Source: a virus (taxonomy: Duplodnaviria > Caudoviricetes). Taken from it: 53,150 bases of DNA. How positions within the stretch are numbered: the first letter of the stretch is position 1; every line of letters starts with the position of its first letter. Below are positions 26,941 through 36,368 of the stretch, one piece after another. Both the position numbers and the translations under genes were made by a program. The stretch is from positions 1 to 53,150 of the IMG/VR virus record IMGVR_UViG_3300029290_000001. One strand, given 5' to 3'. The notes beneath the pieces are model-generated. The model was not told where the DNA came from and made no database searches. It saw nothing but the letters and a program-made list of their open reading frames with translations.

Positions 26941-27411
26941 TCAGACGATCTGGACGACGCTCGCGTCGCCGAGATTGACCGAGATGGCGGCCGACGCATC
27001 GACCGGCGGATCGAACCGGGCCCCGACGCCAATCAGGTATGCCGCCACGAACGAGGCGGCGGTGCCAATCGTCAGCGACAGCTGCACGAAGGCAAAGCCG
27101 TTATTGGTGTCGACGTCGCCGTTGCGGAAATTGATCAGGGCCTGCACGTTGGCGCCGGAGGCGGCCTGGATCTGCGTGATCGCCTTGCCTGGCAGATCTT
27201 TCGCGCCGGTGCCGGCGGCATCCTGGGCCTGCCGGATCTTGGCGTCGAGCGTGCCGTTCGCACCCATCACTCCGGTGCCGATGAGCGCGAGGAACGTGTG
27301 GTAGTTCTGCACGGGTACCCACGCGCTCGCGACGGTGCCGGCGGCCTGATTGGCCGGATCCACCGAAGTGAGCAGGGCTTGGAAATCGGTCGGTTTCAGA
27401 TTGGGCAGCAT
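26941..27411 (-). CDS. Conserved phage protein after capsid (possible head decoration)
   Basis: 156 aa from ATG 27411 with GGGAG RBS; synteny. Confidence 0.6.
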   Translation of the reverse strand: MLPNLKPTDFQALLTSVDPANQAAGTVASAWVPVQNYHTFLALIGTGVMGANGTLDAKIRQAQDAAGTGAKDLPGKAITQIQAASGANVQALINFRNGDVDTNNGFAFVQLSLTIGTAASFVAAYLIGVGARFDPPVDASAAISVNLGDASVVQIV

Positions 27412-27430
27412 GTTGGTGATCTCCCAAGAA

Positions 27431-28720
27431 TCAGCGTGCGGCGAGCTGGATGAACGGCGACAGGTTGCTCGACCCGTTGGCCGGCTTGATCGGGTTGGTG
27501 ATGGCAGGCTGCCCATCGAGACGGAATACCGTGCGGAATGCCATCGCATCGGCGTCGAAGTACAGGTGCATCGAAGTCGCGGTCTCGATGCCCGAGGCCT
27601 TCTTGATGGTGCGGTAGTAGGACATGTCGAGCAGGATCACGTCGCCCTGCGACGAGAAGCTCTTCGCGTGCTGCGAGACGAACACCGGGCGGCCGAGCAG
27701 CATCCCGTAGGGCGATTCCTGTGCGCCTGCCGAGATCGGCAGGTAGATCGGATAGTTGCCAAGCGTGAGCGTAAAGAGCGCGGGCAGCACATCGTTGTTC
27801 ACGAGCCAGATCGCACGGCCGAAGGAGCCGGGCGGCAGGCGGGAGATCATCTTCGAGAGGTTCGAGATGGTCAGCGTCTGCGTGGCCTGGCCCGAGTCCT
27901 TCGCCACCACGATCGCGGCATTGCCTTGCAGCGCGCCGATCGGCATACCATTGCCGGCACCGAAGAGCAGCGACTCGTTGGTCTTCCAGCGGATCGAGTC
28001 GCCGATCTTGCGGTTCAGGTACTGGCCGAGCGCGGGGCCGTCGGCGATCAGCTCGTCGGTCAGCGGCACCAGCGCCATCATCTTGTGCAGGTACTGCGTG
28101 GTGGCCGAGAGCTTGGGCTTGGTCGCCGTGCCGATGCTGGCTTCGGCCTGCCAATACGCACGGATTCCGTCCGTACCCCAGGGCGTGGTCTCGTCCTTGG
28201 GGAACACCATCGAGTTGCCCTCGATGTCGTAGTCGTCGGTATAGGGCAGCAGGGCATCCTCACCCAGCGAGAGCGTGAAGACGTCGCGCGAGAACTCTGG
28301 CGGAACTAGGAAGCCGCCATCCGGGCCCGAACCTTCGCCACCGTAGGTGCCGGGGGCCACCGCACCGTAGCGCAGCCGCTCATCGGCACGCATCGGGTTG
28401 ACCGTGGCCATATGGACCGAGCGTGCGAATTCGCCCAGCGTCCGGAAGCCGCGCTTTGGATCCTGCTCGATGTTCTCGGACACGCTGATGCGCGCGCCCT
28501 CAGGAATCGGCACGCCAGCTGTGCGCTCCGCTTCGATCAGCGCCTCCTCGCGCTCGATCTGGCGCTGCGTGGACTGGATCGAGGCCATCAGCGTGTCGTA
28601 CTGCGTCGCCTCGGCCTCGTTCAGGTCACGGTCTTCCGCGTGGGCGGCGTCGACCAGCTTGCGCGCGTCGGCGACCAGGGCCGCCTTGCGTTGCTGCAGG
28701 GTACGGAGGGTTTTGCTCAT
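27431..28720 (-). CDS. Major capsid protein (HK97 fold, N-terminal coiled-coil scaffold)
   Basis: Start MSKTLR at 28720 (GGAG RBS); DGGFLVPPEF, LFGAGNGMPIG, LLGRPV. Confidence 0.92.
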   Translation of the reverse strand: MSKTLRTLQQRKAALVADARKLVDAAHAEDRDLNEAEATQYDTLMASIQSTQRQIEREEALIEAERTAGVPIPEGARISVSENIEQDPKRGFRTLGEFARSVHMATVNPMRADERLRYGAVAPGTYGGEGSGPDGGFLVPPEFSRDVFTLSLGEDALLPYTDDYDIEGNSMVFPKDETTPWGTDGIRAYWQAEASIGTATKPKLSATTQYLHKMMALVPLTDELIADGPALGQYLNRKIGDSIRWKTNESLLFGAGNGMPIGALQGNAAIVVAKDSGQATQTLTISNLSKMISRLPPGSFGRAIWLVNNDVLPALFTLTLGNYPIYLPISAGAQESPYGMLLGRPVFVSQHAKSFSSQGDVILLDMSYYRTIKKASGIETATSMHLYFDADAMAFRTVFRLDGQPAITNPIKPANGSSNLSPFIQLAAR

Positions 28721-28737
28721 ATCGGGCTCCAGAAATG

Positions 28738-28760
28738 AAAAAACCTCGCCGAAGCGAGGT
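28738..28760 (-). terminator. Intrinsic terminator-like hairpin upstream of capsid gene
   Basis: ACCTCGC-TTCG-GCGAGGT then TTTTT. Confidence 0.75.
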
Positions 28761-28782
28761 CGAGAGATGAGACGAGGATGGG

Positions 28783-29766
28783 TTACGTGCCGATCAGATC
28801 GAGGAGACGCCGTCGGCACGCGATGCGCCCCATGCCCTCGGTGGCAGTCGGCTGAGCCTGAGGGACAGGGGGATCTGTTGTCGCCCGGGCTTTTGCAGAT
28901 GCGCGCAGGTTTTTGGAGATACGCCGGATCACGTCATCGAAGGTGGCCATGTCGTCGACCATGCCGGCGTCCTTCGCGGCCTGTGCGCCCAGCACACGAC
29001 CTTGCCCCATGCCGTCGCGCACCGTGGCCACCGGCACGCCCCGGTGACGCGCAACTGCCTTCACGAAGGCGCCGTAGTAGTCGTCCACGCGGCCCTGCAT
29101 GAAGGCCTGCGCATCAGCCGACAGCGGCCCGTATGGATTGCCCTCGGTCTTGTATTTGCCGGCCGAAATCAGCGTGGTGGTGACGCCGGCCTCGGCCTGC
29201 GCCTTTGACCAGTCCTCGTGCGCCGACCACACGCCGATCGAACCGACCTCGCCACCAGGCGTCACGTAGAACTCCCTCGCCGCGCTGCCGAGCCAGTAGG
29301 CGGCGCTGGCAGCCAGACTGTTCGCAATCGCGACGACCGGTTTCTGGCCGCGTGCCTCGTAAATCTCGTCAGCCAGTTCCTGCACACCGTAGACGCTGCC
29401 GCCGGGCGAATCGATGTCGATCAGGACGGCGTCGACCGACTCGTCTGCGAGTGCCGAGCGCAATGCCTGCGAAAACATCTGCGTGCTCATCGAGCCGGGC
29501 CCGGAGATGTCGTCAGCCATGTTGCCCCGCTGCGTGACGACGCCATACATCGGCAGCACGGCGATGGAGCCGTTGCCGGTGCGCGCGCTCGAGCCCCGTC
29601 GTGCTGCCACGGTGGCAGCATCCGCCCGGACGCTCGCCATCGTGACGGCATCAGCGACGGTACCGGCCGACCAGCGTGCAATGACGCCGGCAAACGCCGA
29701 CAGCCGCTCGGGCATGATCGCCCAGGGCGTCGACAGGAATTCAGAGATCAGCAGGGCGTGTTTCAT
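28783..29766 (-). CDS. S49 (SppA-like) prohead protease
   Basis: IDIDSPGG, AASAAYW, GSIGV, AGKYK. Confidence 0.9.
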   Translation of the reverse strand: MKHALLISEFLSTPWAIMPERLSAFAGVIARWSAGTVADAVTMASVRADAATVAARRGSSARTGNGSIAVLPMYGVVTQRGNMADDISGPGSMSTQMFSQALRSALADESVDAVLIDIDSPGGSVYGVQELADEIYEARGQKPVVAIANSLAASAAYWLGSAAREFYVTPGGEVGSIGVWSAHEDWSKAQAEAGVTTTLISAGKYKTEGNPYGPLSADAQAFMQGRVDDYYGAFVKAVARHRGVPVATVRDGMGQGRVLGAQAAKDAGMVDDMATFDDVIRRISKNLRASAKARATTDPPVPQAQPTATEGMGRIACRRRLLDLIGT

Positions 29767-30980
29767 GGCGTGTCTTGTTCGTCGCGGCCGGGTTCGAGAT
29801 CTTCAGCATCGCTTTCCTCCACCATGTTGAGCGGCCGCAGCGGTTCGTCGAGCCCGTCGAGCGGATCGAGCGATTCCATGCGGCGCGCTTCATTCCGGGT
29901 GAGCCATCCATCGAGAATCCCGTTGTGGTAGTACATCGCACGAGCCTGCGCATCGCCCCGGAGCAGCGCCGTGACCGGAAACTCGACATTCAGACCGTCG
30001 TCTTCGCTGAGGAAGTAATAGCGGATCGCTTCTTCCCAGCGCACGAGCCACGGGCGCAGGGTGTGGATCACGAACTCGAGCGATTGCTGCTCGATGTTCG
30101 AGAAGGTCGCCTTGTCCAGGTCGCCGATCATGTGCGGTGGGATCCGAAAGAGGCGCGCGATCTCGGAGACGGAGAATTTGCGTGTCTCGATGAACTGGAT
30201 GTCCTCGTTCTTGAGGCCCAGCTCGTGGTACTTCATGCCGAACTCGAGGATGGCGGTCTTGTGCCGGTTGCGGCCAGTCTGCTGACGCTGCCATGCTTCG
30301 CGGAATTCGCGCCGCTTCTCGTCGGACGGAAATGCATTCGGCATCTCGATCCAGCCGCCTGGCGTCGCATCATTCATGAAGAAGCGCATGCCGTAATCCT
30401 GCGCGGCCAGGCCTCCCGCGACCGCCTCACGGGCTGCCGTGATCGGGTTGTAGCCGACGATGCCATCCGGCGAGAGGCCGCGCAGGTGAAACACCTCGCT
30501 GCGCGCGAGCACGATTTCGGTGCCGTCGCGGCGGGTATAGCGGTAGCGCCACTGCGTATCGGACAGCAATTCGATCGTCACCCGGTCCGGGTGCAGCGGC
30601 AGCAGATCCGTCACCTCGCCCCGGCTGTTCGAGACGATCTGCGCGAACGCATTGCCACGCAGCGTGCAGTGTCCCTGCAGCATCTCGCGGAATTCCAGCG
30701 GATTCTGGAAATCGTTGGGACGCTGGGCGAACAGGCGATACAGCCAGTGGCGGCGCACTGGCGTCCTGCGACCGTCGGACTGCTCGCGGACCAGCATGAA
30801 AGGCAGCGTCGAGACGGATTCGGCCAGCACCCGCACACACGCAAATACGGCGGTAAGCCGCATCGCGGCATCGGCGTTGACCGAGTGCGGCGTGCCGCGA
30901 AATGGCACCGGCGAGAACCAGAAATCGCCCCACGGTGACCGGTCGCCGGAGTCCGCGTTCAGGTGCATTGACAGCAGCAC
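29763..30980 (-). CDS. Portal protein (HK97 family)
   Basis: VFACVRVLAE, RGNAFA, EIARLFRIPPHMIG, SNIEQQ. Confidence 0.95.
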   Translation of the reverse strand: MLLSMHLNADSGDRSPWGDFWFSPVPFRGTPHSVNADAAMRLTAVFACVRVLAESVSTLPFMLVREQSDGRRTPVRRHWLYRLFAQRPNDFQNPLEFREMLQGHCTLRGNAFAQIVSNSRGEVTDLLPLHPDRVTIELLSDTQWRYRYTRRDGTEIVLARSEVFHLRGLSPDGIVGYNPITAAREAVAGGLAAQDYGMRFFMNDATPGGWIEMPNAFPSDEKRREFREAWQRQQTGRNRHKTAILEFGMKYHELGLKNEDIQFIETRKFSVSEIARLFRIPPHMIGDLDKATFSNIEQQSLEFVIHTLRPWLVRWEEAIRYYFLSEDDGLNVEFPVTALLRGDAQARAMYYHNGILDGWLTRNEARRMESLDPLDGLDEPLRPLNMVEESDAEDLEPGRDEQDTP

Positions 30981-30983
30981 GAA

Positions 30984-31136
30984 TCACTTCCTCGCGATGA
31001 GCGCGCCGAATACCGTGAACGCCAGAATCAGCGCGCCGACGGCGACCAGCGCAGCCGGCACGCTGACGAGCGCGAGGCCCGCGCCGATCAGGACAATGCC
31101 GGTCAAGAGCGATGCGTTGTAGACGAGTGGGCTCAT
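30984..31136 (-). CDS. Small 2-TM membrane protein (not in ORF track)
   Basis: MSPLVYNASLLTGIVLIGAGLALVSVPAALVAVGALILAFTVFGALIARK*; ATGA overlap with terminase stop; fills gap before portal. Confidence 0.75.
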   Translation of the reverse strand: MSPLVYNASLLTGIVLIGAGLALVSVPAALVAVGALILAFTVFGALIARK

Positions 31137-32845
31137 ACGATCATGAGGGTGTAGTCATCGGGCATCCTGGGGGTGCCGTCACCGACGAGCGCACGGGAGA
31201 GCGCCATGATCAGCGCGACGATCCCGTCGATCTTGTTCTCCGGGCGTTCCTTCCTCGGGTAGATGTTGTCCTTGGCGTCGAGGTGGGCGACCACGTTGCT
31301 CGCCATCCAGCCGAGCACCGGATCGCCGTCGTGGATCAGCCGGCGCTGCAGCACGAGCGCTTCGAGCGCTTTCATCGGTTCCGAGAAATTGAGCACGGTC
31401 GGCCGCACCTCGATCATCGGCAGGCCTTCGGCGAGCATCCGTGTCGAGAGTTGCGTCGCCTGGAAGGGATCGAACGCGACGCCCTGTACCTGGAAACGGC
31501 TCGACATCTCGATCAGGTCGGCCTCGATCCACCCGAAATCGATCACGTTGCCGGGCGTGACGGTCAGGCGTCCGGTGCGCATCCAGCCCGCGTACTGGCT
31601 GTTGCTGGTGGCCATCACGGTGTCCTCGGGCAGGTAGTAGCGGCCGAAGACGGCAAATCCGCCTTCGATCTCCGGATGCGAAAACAGCAGCATCAGCGCG
31701 GCGATGTCCGTCTTGCTCGCCAGATCCAGTCCGATCCAGCAGGGCTGGCCGGCAAACGTGTCGAGATCCAGCGCCACATCGGCGCACCGGTCCCACGCCC
31801 GCATGTCCATCCACGCGGTGTCAGCATTGACCCACTCGTTGAGGTGCTTGGTCTTGAAGTTGTTGACTGCGCTCGGCAGCTGCATGGCCTTGGCCTGCAG
31901 CGGCACCAGCACATCGGGCTGCACCGAGATGCCCCAGTTCGGATTGGCCTTGACGAGGGCTTCCTCGGTTGTCCAGTCATCGCCGTCATCAAGGCCGTAC
32001 ACGATGCCGAACTGGCTGTCGTCCTCGAACACGCTTTCGAGCAGCCTCGTGACGAAGGTGCGGATCTCGTAACAGATGCCGGAGCGGTTACTGCCTGCCG
32101 TCGTGATCACCCACAGCAGCGAATTGTTGCGCTTGCCAGTTCCCGTTTCGACCACGTCGTAAACCGTGCGCGTCTTGTGCGCGTGCAGTTCGTCGACGCA
32201 GCCGAAGTGGATGTTCAGGCCGTCGAGCGTGGAACCCTCGGCCGATAGCGCCTCGAACTTAGAGCCGGAGGCGAGCACGTGCATATTGTGCGCGCCGACC
32301 GCGACACCGAAGCGTGAACGGAAACCAGCGCTGCGCCGGGCCATCATCTGGGCGTCGCCGAAGACGATACGCGCCTGGTCGCGGGTCGTGGCGAGTGAAT
32401 ACACCTCGGCGCCACCTTCGCCATCGGCCGCGAGCATGTACAGGCCGACTGCCGACGACAGCGTCGACTTGGCGTTGCCGCGTGGTACTTCGATATAGGA
32501 ACGGCGGAAACGCCGCCGGCCATCGGCCTGCACCCAGCCGAACACGGTGGTCAGAATGAATACCTGCCACGGCTCGAGCTTGATCGGCTCACCGGCCAGC
32601 GGCCCCTTCACGTGGGGCAGGCGTTCGATGAACGCGCACAGGTTGTCGGCGGGCGCGAAAGCTTTGCCTGAGCGGTCCGTCAGCTTCGGGTTGAAGCGGT
32701 ACGGGCTCGCCTTGCCCTTGAATCGGGCCAGATCGTCCAGTTGCCGCCGGCAGGCCAGCTGGACCCAGCGGCAGGCGGTGAGTTCGCCCGCGACAACTGC
32801 CTCCGCGTACCGTCTCGCCGTGACGGCGTAGGTGCTGACAGCCAT
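31133..32845 (-). CDS. terL: Terminase large subunit
   Basis: LEPWQ, Walker A PRGNAKST, Walker B CVDELH, GLDLASKTD, KIDG. Confidence 0.95.
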   Translation of the reverse strand: MAVSTYAVTARRYAEAVVAGELTACRWVQLACRRQLDDLARFKGKASPYRFNPKLTDRSGKAFAPADNLCAFIERLPHVKGPLAGEPIKLEPWQVFILTTVFGWVQADGRRRFRRSYIEVPRGNAKSTLSSAVGLYMLAADGEGGAEVYSLATTRDQARIVFGDAQMMARRSAGFRSRFGVAVGAHNMHVLASGSKFEALSAEGSTLDGLNIHFGCVDELHAHKTRTVYDVVETGTGKRNNSLLWVITTAGSNRSGICYEIRTFVTRLLESVFEDDSQFGIVYGLDDGDDWTTEEALVKANPNWGISVQPDVLVPLQAKAMQLPSAVNNFKTKHLNEWVNADTAWMDMRAWDRCADVALDLDTFAGQPCWIGLDLASKTDIAALMLLFSHPEIEGGFAVFGRYYLPEDTVMATSNSQYAGWMRTGRLTVTPGNVIDFGWIEADLIEMSSRFQVQGVAFDPFQATQLSTRMLAEGLPMIEVRPTVLNFSEPMKALEALVLQRRLIHDGDPVLGWMASNVVAHLDAKDNIYPRKERPENKIDGIVALIMALSRALVGDGTPRMPDDYTLMIV

Positions 32846-33303
32846 CAGCCGGCGATCTCCGACCATGGATCGAGATCGTCGACTGCCTCGACCGGCAGCA
32901 TGACGCGGGAGCGCGATGCTGGCGTAAAACCCATCTCGGTTGCCGCCTTCGTCATGATCTGAGCCTGCTTGTTCGCAATCGCAAGGTATGGCGATTGCAT
33001 TGGCACGCCCGTGTTTGGTGCCTTGATCAGCAGCCCGGTCTTGGCGAGGCCTGCTTGCGCCTTGCGGTAGAGGTCAGCAGCACACGCCCAGACCTCTAGC
33101 ACGGACATATCGAGACGCTTGAGCAGATGGGCCGGCGCGTTATCGATCGCGTAGCGCCACGCATCCTTTGCCCCCTCGCTCATATACTCGGGCGGCTCTA
33201 CCAGATCGCCGGCCGGCTGCGGCTCACGCGGATTGATACGGCACTTCTGCAGCGTGCCTTTGATCTTCTTGACGGTGGTCGGAAGTGGCTTGCGTCCTGC
33301 CAT
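32845..33303 (-). CDS. terS: Terminase small subunit (P27 family)
   Basis: MAGRKPLPT...EMGFTPASRSR. Confidence 0.92.
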   Translation of the reverse strand: MAGRKPLPTTVKKIKGTLQKCRINPREPQPAGDLVEPPEYMSEGAKDAWRYAIDNAPAHLLKRLDMSVLEVWACAADLYRKAQAGLAKTGLLIKAPNTGVPMQSPYLAIANKQAQIMTKAATEMGFTPASRSRVMLPVEAVDDLDPWSEIAG

Positions 33304-33513
33304 GACTGTCTTGAGGGGGAATCCCCCCTGTTTCATTCTGCACGCGCAAAAATCGAGGCACGCGCACGATCCCCGGGCCCGAGGCCCCAGGGATTTGATC
33401 CCCCCTGGGGGCATCCGAGGGCCACTGCGGGCGCCCACGTGGCCACCAGTGGCGCTGGTTCGCGATTGGTAGGCAATTCGCGGCACAAACTCGATCGCGC
33501 GCCCACGGCGCGT
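33304..33513 (-). other. Probable cos/packaging region
   Basis: Non-coding gap between HNH and terS with G-tracts (GGGGGGATCAAATCCCTG...TTTTTGCGCGTGCAG...GGGGGG), the usual cos position in HK97-like phages; exact nick site not determinable. Confidence 0.5.
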
Positions 33514-33885
33514 TTAACCACGACTGCGCCGCGCGGTCTCGGTCGCCGTCTTGCGGTTGTGGCATGGCGTGCAGAGCGACTGCAGGTTGGCCCAGTCGAA
33601 TCGCGCACCACCATCCTTGATCGGCCGCATGTGGTCGACCACGACTGCCGCGACCGTGCGCCCACGGCCCTGGCATGCGACACACACCGGGTGTGCGCGC
33701 AGATATGCAGCACGACATTGCTGCCAGGCTGCCGACTTGTAGAACCCCAACTCAGCATCGAACGTTCGCCGCGCCCGACCATAGTCACGGTGGACCCATC
33801 CACGGTGCGCCACGCAGTAGCCAGGCGAGGCAAGCACCGCCGCGCATCCAGGAAAGCGGCACGGCGTCGGTGCACGACGTGGCAT
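33514..33885 (-). CDS. HNH endonuclease (packaging-associated)
   Basis: CVAC...VVDHMRP...NLQSLCTPCHNRKT; start MPRRAPTPC. Confidence 0.92.
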   Translation of the reverse strand: MPRRAPTPCRFPGCAAVLASPGYCVAHRGWVHRDYGRARRTFDAELGFYKSAAWQQCRAAYLRAHPVCVACQGRGRTVAAVVVDHMRPIKDGGARFDWANLQSLCTPCHNRKTATETARRSRG

Positions 33886-33894
33886 CAGATTCAG

Positions 33895-33924
33895 CTTGGC
33901 TTCGTGATTGATAAGCGCCTTCAT
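33895..33924 (+). promoter_or_regulatory. CTTGGCTTC-N10-AGCG-N2-TTCAT motif, copy 1
   Basis: Same 18 fixed bases and spacing as 50889-50918; ends ~32 nt before the DUF3489-like start. Confidence 0.6.
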
Positions 33925-33956
33925 GGAGTCGTCATCCACCACGAAGGAGTACGACC

Positions 33957-34457
33957 ATGACCAGGAACCTGACCCCGGCGCAGCACGCAGTCCTCGCCTA
34001 CGCGATCCACCACACCGACGGACGCATCAGCTGGTTTCCCGACAACATCAAGGGCGGCGCACGCAAGAAGGTGATCGACGGCCTGCTCAACCGGACGCTG
34101 ATTACGAGCGACGGCGCCGACTGGTTTGTCGCGGCCGAAGGCTACGACGCGCTGGGTGTTCCACACCCGACAGCGCTGACCACCACAGATCCCGAGATGG
34201 AAGCGGCAGTCGAAGCCGCCGAAAACAGCCTCGGAATCAAGGCACCACGTCGCGCGCGCGAGAACAGCAAGCAGGCGCTCGTGATCAGCATGCTGCGTCG
34301 CCCGGAAGGCGCGACCATCGCTCAGATCTGCGAGGCAACGGGCTGGCAGGCCCACACCGTACGCGGCACCTTCGCCGGCACCCTCAAGAAGAAGCTCGAC
34401 CTCAATATCGTCTCGGACAAGGCCGAAGGCAGCGATCGGGTCTATCGGATCGTTTGA
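33957..34457 (+). CDS. DUF3489-like protein (C-terminal winged HTH)
   Basis: RENSKQALVISMLRRPEGATIAQICEATGWQAHTVRG; AAGGAG RBS. Confidence 0.8.
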   Translation: MTRNLTPAQHAVLAYAIHHTDGRISWFPDNIKGGARKKVIDGLLNRTLITSDGADWFVAAEGYDALGVPHPTALTTTDPEMEAAVEAAENSLGIKAPRRARENSKQALVISMLRRPEGATIAQICEATGWQAHTVRGTFAGTLKKKLDLNIVSDKAEGSDRVYRIV

Positions 34458-34511
34458 AATCGCAGGGCTCGGGTAAGCTGAGCTCTTTTTCCAGTTTCAT
34501 TGAACAGGCAA

Positions 34512-35132
34512 ATGAACGCGCTTCCTGAAAATGAATCGATTGACGAAGTCATTGATCTTCTCCGCAGGGTGATTCGATCCGAGCAATGTGCTCGTCTCAG
34601 CAAATCGACAATCATCGGCTTCTTGGGTGAGGTGCTCGTCAAGAAGAGGCTGCGTGCAGAAGGAAAGGATGTTGACCACAGGGGCAATCAGAGTGGCGTC
34701 GACCTTGAATACAAGAGCAATGGCCAGTCGATAAGAATCGACGTAAAGACATCCACCCGAAAACAAGAGTTCCTCAAGAGTGTTGATGGCTTCAAGCACT
34801 GGGGCTGGGCAATGAAGAAGAAAGGAAGCAAAGCTCCTTCTCACTTTGTTTGCGTCGGCCTCAATGCTGAATACGAAGTTGAGGCGATCTTCGTGGTCCC
34901 ACACCAATGCCTGGACAATCTTGCGATCGAAGCAGATGACCGCATGGGACAGTTCAAGAAGGTGACACATGGCCTCTTATTGCCCTGCAGTGAGTCGCCT
35001 GAGCCTGAACCGGAAACCGCGTCTCAAGAGGGTCCCGTCCGGCACATGAACAAATGTCGGCAATTGCTTGACAACGGCATCAGTCGCGTCGCCCAGGATG
35101 GTCGTCTCTCGAAGCTACTGGAGTCCGACTAG
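34512..35132 (+). CDS. PD-(D/E)xK nuclease-like moron
   Basis: GFLGEVLV...GVDL...IRIDVKTS; visibly more AT-rich than flanks. Confidence 0.6.
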   Translation: MNALPENESIDEVIDLLRRVIRSEQCARLSKSTIIGFLGEVLVKKRLRAEGKDVDHRGNQSGVDLEYKSNGQSIRIDVKTSTRKQEFLKSVDGFKHWGWAMKKKGSKAPSHFVCVGLNAEYEVEAIFVVPHQCLDNLAIEADDRMGQFKKVTHGLLLPCSESPEPEPETASQEGPVRHMNKCRQLLDNGISRVAQDGRLSKLLESD

Positions 35133-36368
35133 GTCATTGAACGTCGTGCCGTCCATCTCTCGGGTGGCTTGTTTCGCGGTCCAGTCCTGCCAGCGTCGCA
35201 CGATCACGTCGACGTACTTCGGATCCAGTTCGATGATCCGCGCGCGGCGGTTCGTTTTCTCGCAGGCGATCAGCGTCGTGCCCGAGCCGCCGAACGGGTC
35301 CAGCACGATGTCGCCTGTGCGGCTGCTGTTGCGCACAGCGCGCTCGACTAGTTCCACTGGCTTCATCGTCGGATGCAGGTCGTTCTTCGACGGCTTGGCG
35401 ATCTGCCAGACGTCGCCCTGATCGCGCGCGCCGCACCAGAAGTGGTCGGTACCGTCGCGCCAGCCGTAGAGGATCGGCTCGTACTGCCGCTGGTAATCGG
35501 CGCGACCGAGAGTGAAGGTGTTCTTGGCCCAGATGATGAAGGTCGACCAGCGACCGCCGGCGGCACGGAATGCCGACTGCAGCTTGTCCAGTTCGCTCGA
35601 CGACATCGCGATGTAGACGGCACCGTTGGTGACCGCCAGCATGTGGCGACAGGCATCGGTCAGGAAGGCCTCGAAGTTCTCGCCGAGGTTGTCATTCAGG
35701 ATCGGACGGTTCTTGCCGCGCAGCTTGTCCTTCGCGCTGTTAGCATAGTTCACGTTGTACGGCGGATCCGTGAACACCATGTGCGCGGCATCGTCGCCAA
35801 GCAGCGTGCGGTACCCATCCGATTGCGTCGCATCGCCACACAGCACTCGGTGCTCGCCAAGCAGCCACACGTCGCCAGTGCAGGACACTGGCGCATCTTG
35901 GAGTTCCGGGACATCGTCGTCGTCCGTATTCCCGCTACGCGCGAGGCCATCACCGGCGATCAGCGCGTCCAGATCATCGGCCGAGAATCCGGTCAGCGTT
36001 AGGTCGAACTCCGCATCCCTGAGCGCCGCCAACTCGATGCCGAGCAACTCATCGTCCCACGAGGCGTTTTCACCGATCCGGTTGTCGGCGAGGATCAGTG
36101 CACGGCGCTGGATGTCGGTCAGATGCGTCATCGGCACGACCGGCACCTCGGTCAGTCCGAGCTTGCGCGCGGCGAGCAGCCGGCCATGGCCGGCGATGAC
36201 GTTGTTCTGGCCGTCCACCAGGATCGGCGCGCCCCAGCCGAACTCACGGATGCTGGCCGCAATCTGTGCCACCTGTGCATCGGTGTGCAGTTTCGCGTTG
36301 TTCGCATACGGAATCAGCGCACCCACCGCACGCATCTCGATCCTCACGTCGGCGACTGGATCACGCAT
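35115..36368 (-). CDS. ParB-like N-domain + DNA amino-methyltransferase (DPPY)
   Basis: IAGHGRL, FTDPPY, HPTMKP, LDPFGGSGTT. Confidence 0.92.
   Translation of the reverse strand: MRDPVADVRIEMRAVGALIPYANNAKLHTDAQVAQIAASIREFGWGAPILVDGQNNVIAGHGRLLAARKLGLTEVPVVPMTHLTDIQRRALILADNRIGENASWDDELLGIELAALRDAEFDLTLTGFSADDLDALIAGDGLARSGNTDDDDVPELQDAPVSCTGDVWLLGEHRVLCGDATQSDGYRTLLGDDAAHMVFTDPPYNVNYANSAKDKLRGKNRPILNDNLGENFEAFLTDACRHMLAVTNGAVYIAMSSSELDKLQSAFRAAGGRWSTFIIWAKNTFTLGRADYQRQYEPILYGWRDGTDHFWCGARDQGDVWQIAKPSKNDLHPTMKPVELVERAVRNSSRTGDIVLDPFGGSGTTLIACEKTNRRARIIELDPKYVDVIVRRWQDWTAKQATREMDGTTFNDLVGLQ

Noticed and set aside
28721-28819. Longer ORF-track starts (capsid 28819; also terS 33486, vsr 4850, tail tip 18329)
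   Set aside because: Extensions cross terminators, the cos region or neighbouring genes; downstream starts fit RBS, coupling and family N-termini better
29775-30938. 387-aa plus-strand ORF
   Set aside because: Antisense shadow of the portal gene
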